64,000 bases of DNA, taken from IMG/VR virus record IMGVR_UViG_3300044695_008209, positions 1 through 64,000 of that record, one strand, 5' to 3'. The first letter of the stretch is position 1. Every line of letters begins with the position of its first letter. The position numbers were made by a program, and so were the translations under genes. Shown one piece after another: positions 9,700 through 19,152 of the stretch. The stretch is from a virus. The notes under the pieces are model-generated. The model ran no database searches. It was not told the DNA's origin and saw only the letters and a program-made list of their open reading frames with translations.

Positions 9700-9984
9700 T
9701 CACTGCCAGGGATCTCCCACCGGCTGCTCCGCCTCCACCGCCTGGGCGTAGAGCCCGCGCAGCTCCGGCCGGTCCGCAAGAAGCTGCGTCCACCGCAGCA
9801 CCCCATCCTCCGTCTTGTCGAGCCGGAGGAAGAAGTCTCCCCAATACGCGACGTCACCGACCTCGACCCCATGGGCAGTGACGAGCGCCTCACCCGTCTT
9901 GGTGATGTCGGCGTCCGGCAGGTAGACCGTCTTCTTGTACTTGTAGCCATCCCCCTCGGGGGAGAACGTCCTGATTCGCTGCAT
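9700..9984 (-). CDS. hypothetical protein (94 aa)
   Basis: GAGGTGAAC-ATG start. Confidence 0.75.
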   Translation of the reverse strand: MQRIRTFSPEGDGYKYKKTVYLPDADITKTGEALVTAHGVEVGDVAYWGDFFLRLDKTEDGVLRWTQLLADRPELRGLYAQAVEAEQPVGDPWQ

Positions 9985-10010
9985 GTTCACCTCGGTTGCA
10001 GTGGTTGTTG

Positions 10011-10256
10011 CTACTCCAGCGGAACGACGAGTTCGTCCGCATACCAGAAGCCGGCGTTCTCCCGGCCCTTGTCATCCGCCACACGCTTCTGCTGCTCGTG
10101 GCCCTCGATGAGGACGCGGTAGAGGACCACTTCCCCGCGGTTGTCCTCCTTCTTCTCCCGGGCGGTGATCCGCCCCTCACCGCCCGGGTCGTGACCCCCG
10201 CGCGACGGTAGAACCCTCACACGCTCCTGCATCTCGAACCTGTAGCTGGCCGACAT
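10011..10256 (-). CDS. hypothetical protein (81 aa, SH3-like beta pattern)
   Basis: GGAGGTC RBS; CATAAG at 10286-10291. Confidence 0.7.
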   Translation of the reverse strand: MSASYRFEMQERVRVLPSRGGHDPGGEGRITAREKKEDNRGEVVLYRVLIEGHEQQKRVADDKGRENAGFWYADELVVPLE

Positions 10257-10376
10257 CTTGACCTCCTGTTGTTGGTGCTACTGTCCTTATGACCAGAGTG
10301 GCCTTCCTTCTGCGTCCGAGCGCCTGCCGAGGACACGGCACTTCGGTTACCCTGCTCGAGCAGGAGCGCGTAGTAA

Positions 10377-10790
10377 ATGAGCACCGACCCGCACGATCAC
10401 CCTCCGCCCAAAGCCATGGACCCGATCGCGGAGTGGATGCTGGAGATGACAGCGTCGCTCGAGCGGCTCTCCGCGCGTGTGCAGGCTGCCGAGAAGTCGG
10501 TGGACCAGCACGGTATTGCGCTCACGGCCAACAACGCGACCGCGGCGGCGGCGGCCAGTGCGCTGACGCGCATCGCAAAGACCGAGGAGGACCGCCTCGT
10601 CTTCGAGCGCCAGCTGGAGGCCGCGAAGAAGGAAGACGCAGCCGCCGAAAAGCTCAGATCAGACCAGTGGATGCAACGCTTCTGGGGATCGCAAGCAGTG
10701 CAGCTCCTGTTCCTGGGCATCGTGCTGGCGCTCTTGCAGTATCTCGGGGTCTCGCACATGCTGAGTCAGATCAAGGGGGTGGCTCCGTGA
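10377..10790 (+). CDS. coiled-coil membrane protein, holin-like
   Basis: Coiled-coil N-terminus, single C-terminal hydrophobic helix AVQLLFLGIVLALLQYLGV; near endolysin. Confidence 0.55.
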   Translation: MSTDPHDHPPPKAMDPIAEWMLEMTASLERLSARVQAAEKSVDQHGIALTANNATAAAAASALTRIAKTEEDRLVFERQLEAAKKEDAAAEKLRSDQWMQRFWGSQAVQLLFLGIVLALLQYLGVSHMLSQIKGVAP

Positions 10791-11002
10791 CGCGTGCGAC
10801 GGACTTGGCCCAAGAAGCTGCGACCGGCCTCGAGACCCTGAGGTCGCGCACCACCCCGGAGACCACGATCGTCGCCCGGAACATGCTGAGCCGCCTGCGC
10901 CTGCTGAAGGACGCAGACGAGCTAAGAGAGCGCCCCTCCCCAGAGGAAGGGGCGCCCAGCCCGGACGGCCCGCAGCGACGCGCTACGCCAGCTCGTCCTT
11001 GA
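10787..11002 (+). CDS. hypothetical protein (GTG start)
   Basis: GTGA overlap with the membrane protein gene. Confidence 0.45.
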   Translation: MTRATDLAQEAATGLETLRSRTTPETTIVARNMLSRLRLLKDADELRERPSPEEGAPSPDGPQRRATPARP

Positions 11003-12470
11003 GGCTCGCGACCTGCGTCCGCAGGCGCCGCACGCTGCCCCCGATCTTCTCGCTCGTGATGCGGACCTCCTCCTCGATGCTGTTCGCCGCAGAGCGGATG
11101 GTCTCGCACTTCTTCCCGATGTTCGCCACTCGCTCGACCATCTTCTCGATCTCGGCGATCTCGGTGTCGACCTTGCTGAAGTCGAAGTCGACGGCGTCCT
11201 TCTCGCGCGCGGCCTTGGCGATGAGCGCCGTGGCCAACGCATGCGCCGCCTCGAGGTAGACGAGCGAGCGGTCGTCGTCTTGGTCCCACACGACGAGCAC
11301 GCAGTCCCCGATGCGCCGCAGCGGCTTCATCCCCTCAGGGGCCGTGCGCTTGCTGAACACGAAGACGCCGACGCGCGCGTCGCGGTTCTTCATCCCGACA
11401 TCGATCTCTGCGAGCGCCTTGGTGTCCCCGTAGGACTGGTCCTCCTTGGCCTCATAGACGATCTTCTGACCAGCGCCCAGGCGGTCCGGGCCGATGGTGA
11501 TGACCGCGTCGCCGACCTTGCAGTTGCGCACGAGCCCCGTGGTGTTGCCCGTGGCGTCGAAGAGCTCGCCGGCGTTCTCGGCCATGGCCTCCAGCTGCGT
11601 GAGCAGAGCGAACTCGAAGACCTGCCCGTGCTGCGTGCCCGTAGCACCGACCCGCTTCTTCTCGTCGAAGCGCACCAGCATCTCGAGCACGCTGGTCTGG
11701 AAGTCCTGTTGCGAGCGTCCGAGCTCCGTGATGCGCCCCTCGAGCGTGAGACGGAGGCGCGTGAGGGCGCTCGCCTCGTTGTCGAGAGTGAGTTCCGCGA
11801 CGCTCTTCGCCGCGGCGGCGTCCACCCGCTGCACCAGGCGGGAGAGGGCCGAGTCGTTCTTGTCGAGGGAGAGCTCGGTGGTGAGCTGCGTGTTGCTCTC
11901 GGACACCTCGCGCAGCAAGCGCGACAGCGCGGAGTCTGGCCTGTCGAGGCTGAACTCGGAGAGCACCGCCGTGCGCTGTGCCTGGATGCCGTCCTGCAGG
12001 AGCTTCTCGATGCGCGCCCGCAGGCCGCTCTCCTGTCCAGGGTCGAGCATGCGGAGCAGGGGGCTGCCCTCGCCGATGTAGCGCAGCAGCGTCTTCGCGA
12101 CGGTGCCGCTCTCCCCGACGTGGGCCATCACGGCTCCGTTGAGGAGGTCGATGTGCGCGATGCTGCCCGCACGCAGCTTCGCGATGCTGGCCTCGAGCGC
12201 CCCCGTGCTGGGGTCGAGGTAGCGCGCGAGCTCCTGCGAGGTCGTCGTCGCCACCTGCGTTGCGTGGGCCGTGAGGACCGCGCGCACCTCGCCGATGACG
12301 TGGGCGCCCTCGTTGCGCATGGCCTCGACGTCCATCGCACCCTCGGCGTTGCTCAGAGCGAGCACGCCGATCCGGAGAGCGAGGCGAGCACGCTGGAGCA
12401 TGTCCAGGCTGTTGTTCTTCGTGAGGTAGGCAACGACCTCGGGGTCGTTCACAGAGAGGTTCAGTTCCAT
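10983..12470 (-). CDS. long coiled-coil protein with PD-(D/E)XK nuclease-like domain (RmuC/DUF2130-like)
   Basis: Repeating coiled-coil, then HGQVFE...GDAVITI...IVYEAK, then coiled-coil. Confidence 0.6.
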   Translation of the reverse strand: MELNLSVNDPEVVAYLTKNNSLDMLQRARLALRIGVLALSNAEGAMDVEAMRNEGAHVIGEVRAVLTAHATQVATTTSQELARYLDPSTGALEASIAKLRAGSIAHIDLLNGAVMAHVGESGTVAKTLLRYIGEGSPLLRMLDPGQESGLRARIEKLLQDGIQAQRTAVLSEFSLDRPDSALSRLLREVSESNTQLTTELSLDKNDSALSRLVQRVDAAAAKSVAELTLDNEASALTRLRLTLEGRITELGRSQQDFQTSVLEMLVRFDEKKRVGATGTQHGQVFEFALLTQLEAMAENAGELFDATGNTTGLVRNCKVGDAVITIGPDRLGAGQKIVYEAKEDQSYGDTKALAEIDVGMKNRDARVGVFVFSKRTAPEGMKPLRRIGDCVLVVWDQDDDRSLVYLEAAHALATALIAKAAREKDAVDFDFSKVDTEIAEIEKMVERVANIGKKCETIRSAANSIEEEVRITSEKIGGSVRRLRTQVASLKDELA

Positions 12471-12475
12471 GGTCT

Positions 12476-12661
12476 TCAGTCCTTCTTGGTGAGCTGCACA
12501 GGGCGGGCAGGTTTGTCGGGGTAGATCTCGAGGAGCTTGATGTCGGCCACGACTCCGGGCCGGTTGAACAGCTCAGCGAGCTTGGCGTCGACGACGGCCC
12601 GCGCGGCGGGGTCGTCGGGCGATTGGAATGGAAGCAAGATCTTCAGGATGTAGTCCTTCAT
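12476..12661 (-). CDS. hypothetical protein (61 aa)
   Basis: GGAG RBS. Confidence 0.6.
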   Translation of the reverse strand: MKDYILKILLPFQSPDDPAARAVVDAKLAELFNRPGVVADIKLLEIYPDKPARPVQLTKKD

Positions 12662-12917
12662 GTTCTCCTCGGATGAGGGCATGTTTCCATGCAGCGGGCG
12701 CGCGCTTCAGGCGCCACTCCACCCGGAGGGCTTGGATCTTGTCGCCGATGTAGTGCACGTAAACGAGCGCCACCGGGCGCCGTTTGCTGGTGAACCGAGC
12801 TCCGCCAACCAACTCCCCGTTGTGCTGGCGGAGCCTGCGCTCGGGGTCGGGGGACACACCGCAGTACAGGCGCCCATCTGCGCAATGAACCAGGTACACC
12901 CACCAGCCCGGGCTCAC
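12573..12917 (-). CDS. GIY-YIG nuclease (UPF0213/SLX1-like)
   Basis: WVYLVHCADGRLYCGVSPDPERRLRQHNG...GARFT...EWRLK; GTG start. The tail overlapping the next gene is doubtful. Confidence 0.88.
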   Translation of the reverse strand: MSPGWWVYLVHCADGRLYCGVSPDPERRLRQHNGELVGGARFTSKRRPVALVYVHYIGDKIQALRVEWRLKRAPAAWKHALIRGEHEGLHPEDLASIPIARRPRRAGRRRRQAR

Positions 12918-13105
12918 AGGGTGTTTCCGCCCTCGGTGCAGGGGTAGCTGCTCTGCACGCTCACGGGAACACCCGGGTTCGCCTTCTTGTAGAGCCGGAG
13001 CGCACGCTGTTCGGTCTCCGGACCGCTGACGCGTTCTTCGAGAACCCAACTGTCCACCCCGGACACGCTCCGTGGCAGGTTGAAGACCACAGCGCGCCAC
13101 TTCAC
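12914..13105 (-). CDS. hypothetical protein (63 aa)
   Basis: GTGA overlaps on both sides. Confidence 0.6.
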   Translation of the reverse strand: MKWRAVVFNLPRSVSGVDSWVLEERVSGPETEQRALRLYKKANPGVPVSVQSSYPCTEGGNTL

Positions 13106-13587
13106 GGTGCACGCCCCTCGATGCGGTCCAGCCTCTTCAGCAGGAACTTCAGGTCGTCGAGGGCGTCATGGGGCCTGCTGACACCGTCGTGGTACCCGAG
13201 GCGCATGCCCGCGCGGTCGTTGAGGGTCACGAGGGTGCGGATCTCCTCCACCATCTTCCTTTCTCGAACTTCACGATGGTCCCACCCACAGCGTAGACAA
13301 ATGTCCGGAGGCTGATGCGACATGGGCGCGACCATCGAGACGCACATGGCTGCCGAGCGCTTCCCGCCGACGTAGGCGTTCTCGCGCAGCCACTTCAGCT
13401 GGTCCGTGTCGCCCTGGTTGAGGGGATGGTTGTCCTCCCACTCCCCGAGCTCGAAGGTCTCCACCTTCCCGACCTTGGGGTGGATGCAGTCGTTGGCGAA
13501 GTTGGCGGACTGCAGCTCCTCGACAACTCCCTCGGCGCCGAGGCCGTCGTGGTCGAGGATGACGACGGTGAGGATGTGTGCTTTCAC
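13102..13587 (-). CDS. hypothetical protein (161 aa, CxxC)
   Basis: Codon bias, overlaps. Confidence 0.7.
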   Translation of the reverse strand: MKAHILTVVILDHDGLGAEGVVEELQSANFANDCIHPKVGKVETFELGEWEDNHPLNQGDTDQLKWLRENAYVGGKRSAAMCVSMVAPMSHQPPDICLRCGWDHREVRERKMVEEIRTLVTLNDRAGMRLGYHDGVSRPHDALDDLKFLLKRLDRIEGRAP

Positions 13588-13853
13588 GGGTTCTCCGTTG
13601 GCTGTTCATCGAAGCGCCTGCACCAGCAGGACTCGTCGCGGCACTCGACGATCCGGCTCTTGGCCTGCTCATGTCGCAGAAGGATCTCTTCCCGCGTGGT
13701 CTCGTGCAGGACCTCGTTCACGCCCATCCAGCCGCGATAGTTGCCATGCCCAAGCACGGTGATGGTGGTCTTCTCGGGCGGGTTGGGGAGCTCCTCGATG
13801 AGCAACTCCCCACGCCCGGCGAAGGTGTAGACCTTCCCTACTTCGAGCTTCAT
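13584..13853 (-). CDS. hypothetical protein (MKLEVGKV...)
   Basis: AAGGAG RBS, ATGA overlap. Confidence 0.7.
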   Translation of the reverse strand: MKLEVGKVYTFAGRGELLIEELPNPPEKTTITVLGHGNYRGWMGVNEVLHETTREEILLRHEQAKSRIVECRDESCWCRRFDEQPTENP

Positions 13854-14104
13854 CGCGCCTTTCTCCTTTCCAGCAGCACATGCGCTGGAACAACAGATAC
13901 GAAGCATGTTTTCTCTCGTCCATGCACGCGCCAAGAAGCGATAGCCGTGAAGCCCTGGTTGTACAGGACGACACTACATGGCCTTGGTGGGGCGGTTTTC
14001 CTGCTGGCGATGAATACCTGGTCGGGTAGGTGCTCCGGGTCACCGAGATCACGGACATAGCCGTCCGTGATGCGAACCAAGCACTCGCGGTTGGTGTCGA
14101 TCAT
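13850..14104 (-). CDS. hypothetical protein (MIDTNREC...)
   Basis: ATGA overlaps; lower GC than neighbours. Confidence 0.55.
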   Translation of the reverse strand: MIDTNRECLVRITDGYVRDLGDPEHLPDQVFIASRKTAPPRPCSVVLYNQGFTAIASWRVHGREKTCFVSVVPAHVLLERRKAR

Positions 14105-14400
14105 CCCACTGCCCATTCGGATTGCAGGACCTCTCCCTTGTCTGAGTAGTAGATGCCGTGACTGCAGAACTTGGCGCCAGTTCTCGGGTTCTTCCATGTG
14201 ATCCCGGCGATCACGTCCTGGAACACCACGCTGACCTCCCAGTCCCGCAAACAGACCTCGAACGCACCCTCTATGCCTGCGCGCTCAGCCTTCTCCAGCC
14301 TCCGGGCCAGTCTCTCTTTCGCACGCGGGGCTGGAGATGGTGTGTACTCCAGGCGCCAGAACGGCGGCCCCATGCGCTCGTGTAGAACCTGGACGGTCAT
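14101..14400 (-). CDS. hypothetical protein (99 aa)
   Basis: ATGA overlaps. Confidence 0.65.
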   Translation of the reverse strand: MTVQVLHERMGPPFWRLEYTPSPAPRAKERLARRLEKAERAGIEGAFEVCLRDWEVSVVFQDVIAGITWKNPRTGAKFCSHGIYYSDKGEVLQSEWAVG

Positions 14401-14852
14401 CGGGGTCGTGCTCCTGGAAGGCCGAAGTAGTCCTTGATGTTCTGCGAGTACTCCGGCTTGGGAGGCGGAGGTAGTTCGCTCTCGTCCCTCCGAGCTGACT
14501 TCCCCTCCACCACCCGCTGTCCGAGCTCCACCAGGAGTTCAGGGGTCACGGCGCGGTCGTCGAAGGTCCAGATGCCGTGGCGGCTCGACGTGTGGCGCAG
14601 CATCGGAGGCAGAGCTGCGAGCAGGTCCCGCTCGTGCACGAAGATGGGATTCGCCTCGCGCCAGTAGCGGTAGGCGTCGTCGCCCACGGAGACCGTCACC
14701 GATGCGCCGAACCAGATCAGCAGGCACACCTCGAGATCGAGGTCGTCCCGCTTGACGTGCATCGCGATGCCGCGTGGTGTCCCCTTCTCGTAGTGGTACC
14801 CGCCCCAGTCCTGGGTGTACTTCGCGAGGAACAGCAGGTAGTGGGCCATCAT
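14397..14852 (-). CDS. hypothetical protein
   Basis: ATGA overlaps, codon bias. Confidence 0.65.
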   Translation of the reverse strand: MMAHYLLFLAKYTQDWGGYHYEKGTPRGIAMHVKRDDLDLEVCLLIWFGASVTVSVGDDAYRYWREANPIFVHERDLLAALPPMLRHTSSRHGIWTFDDRAVTPELLVELGQRVVEGKSARRDESELPPPPKPEYSQNIKDYFGLPGARPR

Positions 14853-15046
14853 CCCAGCCCCTTCTTGGTGGCGAACCACTCGGTGATCACGAGCGTGCCG
14901 TCAGTGTCCTTGGCGTACACGTCGCTGTCGTCGTCGATCTGGGACTTGGGCACCCAGATGGGCCCGTCGAAGTCGTCGCACTCGACGAGCACCGCCTTCT
15001 CTGACTCGGCCACGCCCTTGCAGCCGTGCACGCGTACGGCGCTCAC
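14849..15046 (-). CDS. small conserved phage protein (WVPKSQI type)
   Basis: ESEKAVLV...IWVPKSQI...LVITEWFA pattern; GTG start. Confidence 0.7.
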   Translation of the reverse strand: MSAVRVHGCKGVAESEKAVLVECDDFDGPIWVPKSQIDDDSDVYAKDTDGTLVITEWFATKKGLG

Positions 15047-15912
15047 TCGACGCCTCCGCCCATCTCGGCAGGGTCCGGGCGCGTCAGGTGCGTCCACATC
15101 TCCACGACGTTCCGCGGGTTCTGTGGGTCCGCGTAGAGGCGGCGCACGAGTTCGTTGGTCATGCGCTCCAGGCCCTCTCTGGAGGTCCACGTCGGCGCCA
15201 GGGTGCAGTACGAGAAGGTGTCGCTCTCGTGCTCGCTCTTGAGTACGACCACATCCACGCGCAGCCTGGGCTCGTCTCCATCGCTCGCGTGCTTGAAGTC
15301 GAACTCGCCATCGACTCCCTCGCCGATCCACATCCAGGTGACACGGACGCCGTCTCGCTCGAACACCACGTCCTTGAAGTCGATCTCGTCCCCGTTCTCG
15401 ATGCCGAGGAACTCGGGGCTCGACCGCTGGTCGATGAGCAGCTTCCGCATCGTCTGCGGACCCACGATGTCGACGGTCTGACTCTTCAGGTCGACCGAGA
15501 CGTCGTCGAGCGCGAGTACATCGGCGAGCTCCATCTCCTCGGGAATGGGCTCGTCGCGCAGGACCTCGACCCAGTAGTTGGTCTTGTAGAACTTGCGGGG
15601 CGGAGGCGCGCCGTTCATCCCGGGGAACATCGTGCGCTGCCGCGTCACCGCGTCCTGGGGCTCCCGTGACCCGAAGACCCTCTCCGCCAGATCCAGGTGG
15701 GGGTCCTCGCCGTTCTCCAGCGCGTCGATCATCCGCCCCTGTGGCGAGAGGAACACCTCGTCGTAGATGACCCCCTCGCGCCCCTGTGTGTCGGGCAGGT
15801 CGCTCGTGACCGTCAGGTGCCCGAGGTCCACGTCGTACTTGATCTCGAAGCGCCCGTCGGTCTCATGGAGCTCCACCTCAAAAGTGTCGCCCGGCTTCAG
15901 TACCACTTTCAT
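15043..15912 (-). CDS. hypothetical protein (289 aa)
   Basis: Start MKVVLKPG, ATGA overlap. Confidence 0.7.
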   Translation of the reverse strand: MKVVLKPGDTFEVELHETDGRFEIKYDVDLGHLTVTSDLPDTQGREGVIYDEVFLSPQGRMIDALENGEDPHLDLAERVFGSREPQDAVTRQRTMFPGMNGAPPPRKFYKTNYWVEVLRDEPIPEEMELADVLALDDVSVDLKSQTVDIVGPQTMRKLLIDQRSSPEFLGIENGDEIDFKDVVFERDGVRVTWMWIGEGVDGEFDFKHASDGDEPRLRVDVVVLKSEHESDTFSYCTLAPTWTSREGLERMTNELVRRLYADPQNPRNVVEMWTHLTRPDPAEMGGGVE

Positions 15913-16553
15913 TCCGGCTTCTCCGCCAGCGCTTCGAGCGCTGTGATGAGGGTTTCGTCGAACGTCTTCCACGTCTGGTCGTTCTCCACCGCACGAGCAC
16001 CGATCTCCCGGAGCTCGTCGTCGGAGAGGGCGGAGACGAAGTCTCCCCACTCGTCGCTGTCCTCGAAGTGGTCGCGGATGGCCTGCGGCTCGAACGAGAC
16101 CAGCAGGGCACTGTCGTCCGGAACAGGAGGCGCGGCCTCGGCCTTCTCCGCCGCCTCGACCACGTCGATGGCGTCCTGCCAGTAGTCGGGGATGCCCTCA
16201 GGTGTGATGCACGCGACGAACGTGTGGTGCCCGTTCGAGCGGTTCTTGATGTACGTGTCCACCAGCACCTTCAGGACGTCCATCGGGGACTTCTTCGGGG
16301 CGGATTCCGCCACCACCTCCAGCTCATAGTCGATGGTGGTGTACCACTCGTGCGCCTCGCTGCACTGGACGAGGATCTCGCCGGCGTCATTGGTGCGGGG
16401 CATCTGCCCGTCCCAGCACACGCGGGTCTCGCCGCCCCACTCGGTGCGACCGTTCTCGTCGATCTCGCCGAAGAGCGCGATGCCGGGGACGTCGTCTACT
16501 GTGCCCTCGGCGGGCTCACCGCAGTTGGGGCAGTTGGGTACGCTGATCTTCAT
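15909..16553 (-). CDS. hypothetical protein with N-terminal Zn ribbon (CPNC...C..H)
   Basis: GGAG RBS, ATGA overlap. Confidence 0.7.
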   Translation of the reverse strand: MKISVPNCPNCGEPAEGTVDDVPGIALFGEIDENGRTEWGGETRVCWDGQMPRTNDAGEILVQCSEAHEWYTTIDYELEVVAESAPKKSPMDVLKVLVDTYIKNRSNGHHTFVACITPEGIPDYWQDAIDVVEAAEKAEAAPPVPDDSALLVSFEPQAIRDHFEDSDEWGDFVSALSDDELREIGARAVENDQTWKTFDETLITALEALAEKPE

Positions 16554-16960
16554 GCTTTCTCCAGGTTGCTTCGGATCTTGTTGATGAGCACCTCTGCGGC
16601 CGCACCGGCTTTCCGGTCGTGCGGGAGGATGGGCTCCGCTCGCATGGCGCCGGCGTAGAGGGTCAGCGCGGCCTCGACCAGGCGCTGCTCTCCCTCGTCG
16701 ATCTCGATGTCGGGCGCTGTGAAACCGACACGCGCTGCCTCGTCTCGCGCACGAAGCCTCGCGATGTACTCCCGCGCCTTCTCCCTGCGCGTAGCCCCCT
16801 TCGAGAGCCACATCTCATGGTTGGTGAGCAGTTCGTGGATCAGCTCCTCCTTTGTGAGGGTGAAGGCCTCGATGACCTGTGCATTCTCGCCAACCAGCAG
16901 AGTGCGCAGCACCGGCTTCTTCAAGAGCTCGAGCTCCTCTCGTACCAGGGGGGTGCTCAC
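16550..16960 (-). CDS. hypothetical protein (136 aa)
   Basis: GTGA overlap, codon bias. Confidence 0.7.
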   Translation of the reverse strand: MSTPLVREELELLKKPVLRTLLVGENAQVIEAFTLTKEELIHELLTNHEMWLSKGATRREKAREYIARLRARDEAARVGFTAPDIEIDEGEQRLVEAALTLYAGAMRAEPILPHDRKAGAAAEVLINKIRSNLEKA

Positions 16961-17565
16961 AGGCCGGCCTTCCGAAGCTCCGCTTTCTCGACCATGCGCT
17001 CGAGCCAGCGGAAGTCTGTCCAGTCCCGCATCTCGTAGTCGTGAGACGTCGAGTCACGGTTCCACCGCTGCTCGAAGAGCACGTGCTCCCACACGGGTTC
17101 GGGCTCGCCCCTCTTGAGCGTGTAGGTGCGGAGGTCGGGTCGGTCGTCGATGAGCGCGTCCGCGTTCACCAGGGACTTCTTCTTGATGATGTGCGCCCGG
17201 TCGGCCCACCAGTCGCCGAGGTTCTTGCGGATCCAGTACAACTTCTCTGCCGTACAGTTGGGGTGCTCGTCCAGGGGCTTCGAGCAGATGCGCACGTCGT
17301 GCATGCCCGCCAGGTGCTCCACACCGGCGAAGCCACCGGGGATGAGCTCCATGGACTCGAAGAAGCCCGGCTCGACCGTCACGGCCCGGGCTGCACGGGC
17401 CGCTTCCTTGCCGTGCGCCTTCGTGTAGGCCCCGGTGCCGTAGAAGTCCCACACGCGGGAAGGGTGGACAGTCGGCAGACCTCGTTCGGTCAGGATGTCG
17501 TAGCGGCGCTTCTCGAAGTCGGCGAGGACGCCGTCCAGGTCGACGAGGAGGACGAGTTCCGTCAC
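16957..17565 (-). CDS. 5'(3')-deoxyribonucleotidase (NT5C, HAD superfamily)
   Basis: LVDLDGVLADF (HAD motif I), ICSKP, EKLYWI, KKKSLVNADALIDDRP. Confidence 0.88.
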   Translation of the reverse strand: MTELVLLVDLDGVLADFEKRRYDILTERGLPTVHPSRVWDFYGTGAYTKAHGKEAARAARAVTVEPGFFESMELIPGGFAGVEHLAGMHDVRICSKPLDEHPNCTAEKLYWIRKNLGDWWADRAHIIKKKSLVNADALIDDRPDLRTYTLKRGEPEPVWEHVLFEQRWNRDSTSHDYEMRDWTDFRWLERMVEKAELRKAGL

Positions 17566-17801
17566 GCCCGCACCAGCTGCACGTCGAAGTCGGTGAAGCC
17601 CTGCGTGTTCCCGACGTAGTCGGTCGGCCACCACAGCCCGTCTCGGAACCGAGCGACGACCCTGCCCTCGGCGTCGTCGTTACCGAACCGCGGCCCAGGC
17701 CCTGCGCGCAGAGTGTCACCCTCCTGCCAGACCCACCCGAAGGTGCCGGCAGTGAAGATCTCGTCGTGTTTCTCGGTGTTGATCCAGAAGTCCAGTTTCA
17801 T
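17562..17801 (-). CDS. hypothetical protein (79 aa)
   Basis: AGGAG RBS, overlaps. Confidence 0.65.
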   Translation of the reverse strand: MKLDFWINTEKHDEIFTAGTFGWVWQEGDTLRAGPGPRFGNDDAEGRVVARFRDGLWWPTDYVGNTQGFTDFDVQLVRA

Positions 17802-18172
17802 GACTCTCCTTGGTTGTATGCAGCCAATGCGGCTGCCTTTGGTGCGTTGAGGATGGCCGCTGTCAGCCTGTCGATGTCGACGAGGCTCTCCACGAAGTCG
17901 AGCCAGAGCCCCTCGCGCTCGTGGTCCATGCGGCGCCCCTTCTCGTTCCAGTGCTGCGCGGCCGCGTCCCACAGCTGGGCGAACTCCTCGCCGCCGTACC
18001 CGAGGGCACCGCAGCTGAAGACGCCGCCGCAGTACACGACGCTGGTGTTCTCCCCGTCGCTCTGGGTGTGGACCTCGGACATGGCCACATTGAGCCTGCG
18101 CATCATCTCGTGCATGCACAGGGCGGTTCGGATGGCCTCTGGGTAGTCCCGGAGGCGTGGTCTCTTCTCCAT
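17798..18172 (-). CDS. hypothetical protein (124 aa)
   Basis: GAGGAG RBS. Confidence 0.7.
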   Translation of the reverse strand: MEKRPRLRDYPEAIRTALCMHEMMRRLNVAMSEVHTQSDGENTSVVYCGGVFSCGALGYGGEEFAQLWDAAAQHWNEKGRRMDHEREGLWLDFVESLVDIDRLTAAILNAPKAAALAAYNQGES

Positions 18173-18174
18173 GG

Positions 18175-18366
18175 TCACTCCTCTGAGTCTGCCGCAGCAG
18201 CAAAGATGGCTGCGACGAGGGGGTGGTTTCCGAACTCCAGATGTTGCTCGTCGCTCATCAGCTCCCACGCTGCGGACAGTGCATCCTGGAGGTCACCGAT
18301 CTCGTGATCCGATTCCGAGGCCATGCCGTGTTTCGTCGCAGCCTCGAACAGTTGGTCGAGCGTCAC
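18175..18366 (-). CDS. hypothetical protein (63 aa)
   Basis: GAGGTGAT RBS, GTGA overlap. Confidence 0.65.
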   Translation of the reverse strand: MTLDQLFEAATKHGMASESDHEIGDLQDALSAAWELMSDEQHLEFGNHPLVAAIFAAAADSEE

Positions 18367-18707
18367 CACATCACCTCTTCGGCCGTGACCGTGGAGCTGC
18401 CAGAGCGGCCGCACTTCCGACAGTTCACGTGGAAGACGAGCGTGTCCCGCTGCACCTCGCAGTTCCCGTCGAACTCGATCTCATCGTGGTTGCACGCGGC
18501 CTTCTCGTCGAGGATGTTCGCTGCGAGGCGGTATGTGATCCACACGGCCTTCATGTCGAGCCCGAGGATCTTCGCCGTCGCCTCGATCGCTGCCCGCTGG
18601 ACCTCCACCTCGAGGTCGAGCATGCACGCCACCAGCGCGCCGAGCGCCGTGGCTTCCTCACTCCACGAGTCTCCGATCTCCACGCGTACGGGAGTGCTGT
18701 TCACCAT
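18363..18707 (-). CDS. hypothetical protein with C-terminal Zn-ribbon-like motif
   Basis: GAGGTGAGC-ATG; CNH...CRKC. Confidence 0.7.
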   Translation of the reverse strand: MVNSTPVRVEIGDSWSEEATALGALVACMLDLEVEVQRAAIEATAKILGLDMKAVWITYRLAANILDEKAACNHDEIEFDGNCEVQRDTLVFHVNCRKCGRSGSSTVTAEEVMW

Positions 18708-18797
18708 GCTCACCTCTGACAAAGTTGGTTGCAGCTCGCTTATGACAGCTAAAGGGACGGGCTGCGGGCCCCGTCCACCACCCGTGGAGAGATGCGA

Positions 18798-19136
18798 CTA
18801 CGCCTCGCCCGGCGTGTCGATGCCGAAGCCTCGGCCCCGCCCGAAGGAGGGCTGGGTCGGGTCGTGGTGGTGCGCCTCCCCGGCCGGCAGCTTCTCCATG
18901 GCCTCCAGCACCATGTCGACCACGCTGACATCCGCGGCCAGCAGGATGTGGAACTTCGAGGAGTTGCAGGTGTGGAACTTCACGAACGAGCCCGTGCGCT
19001 TGTTCGAGAGCTTGGAGAGCCCCTCAGGGAGGACCTCCGGCACGTGCATGATGACGCCGATGCCGTCCTGGGAGAGGAGGGACTCTGCGACGTTCCACCA
19101 GGACTGCTGGCGGGCCCAGTTCAGAAGAAGGGACAT
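18798..19136 (-). CDS. hypothetical protein (112 aa)
   Basis: CATAAG-6nt-GAGGTGAAC-ATG. Confidence 0.7.
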   Translation of the reverse strand: MSLLLNWARQQSWWNVAESLLSQDGIGVIMHVPEVLPEGLSKLSNKRTGSFVKFHTCNSSKFHILLAADVSVVDMVLEAMEKLPAGEAHHHDPTQPSFGRGRGFGIDTPGEA

Positions 19137-19152
19137 GTTCACCTCACCCCTC

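Noticed and set aside
15660-15730. PolA-like segment LENGEDPHLDLAERVFG
   Set aside because: Isolated short similarity; polymerase motifs A, B and C are not present in this 289-aa protein.
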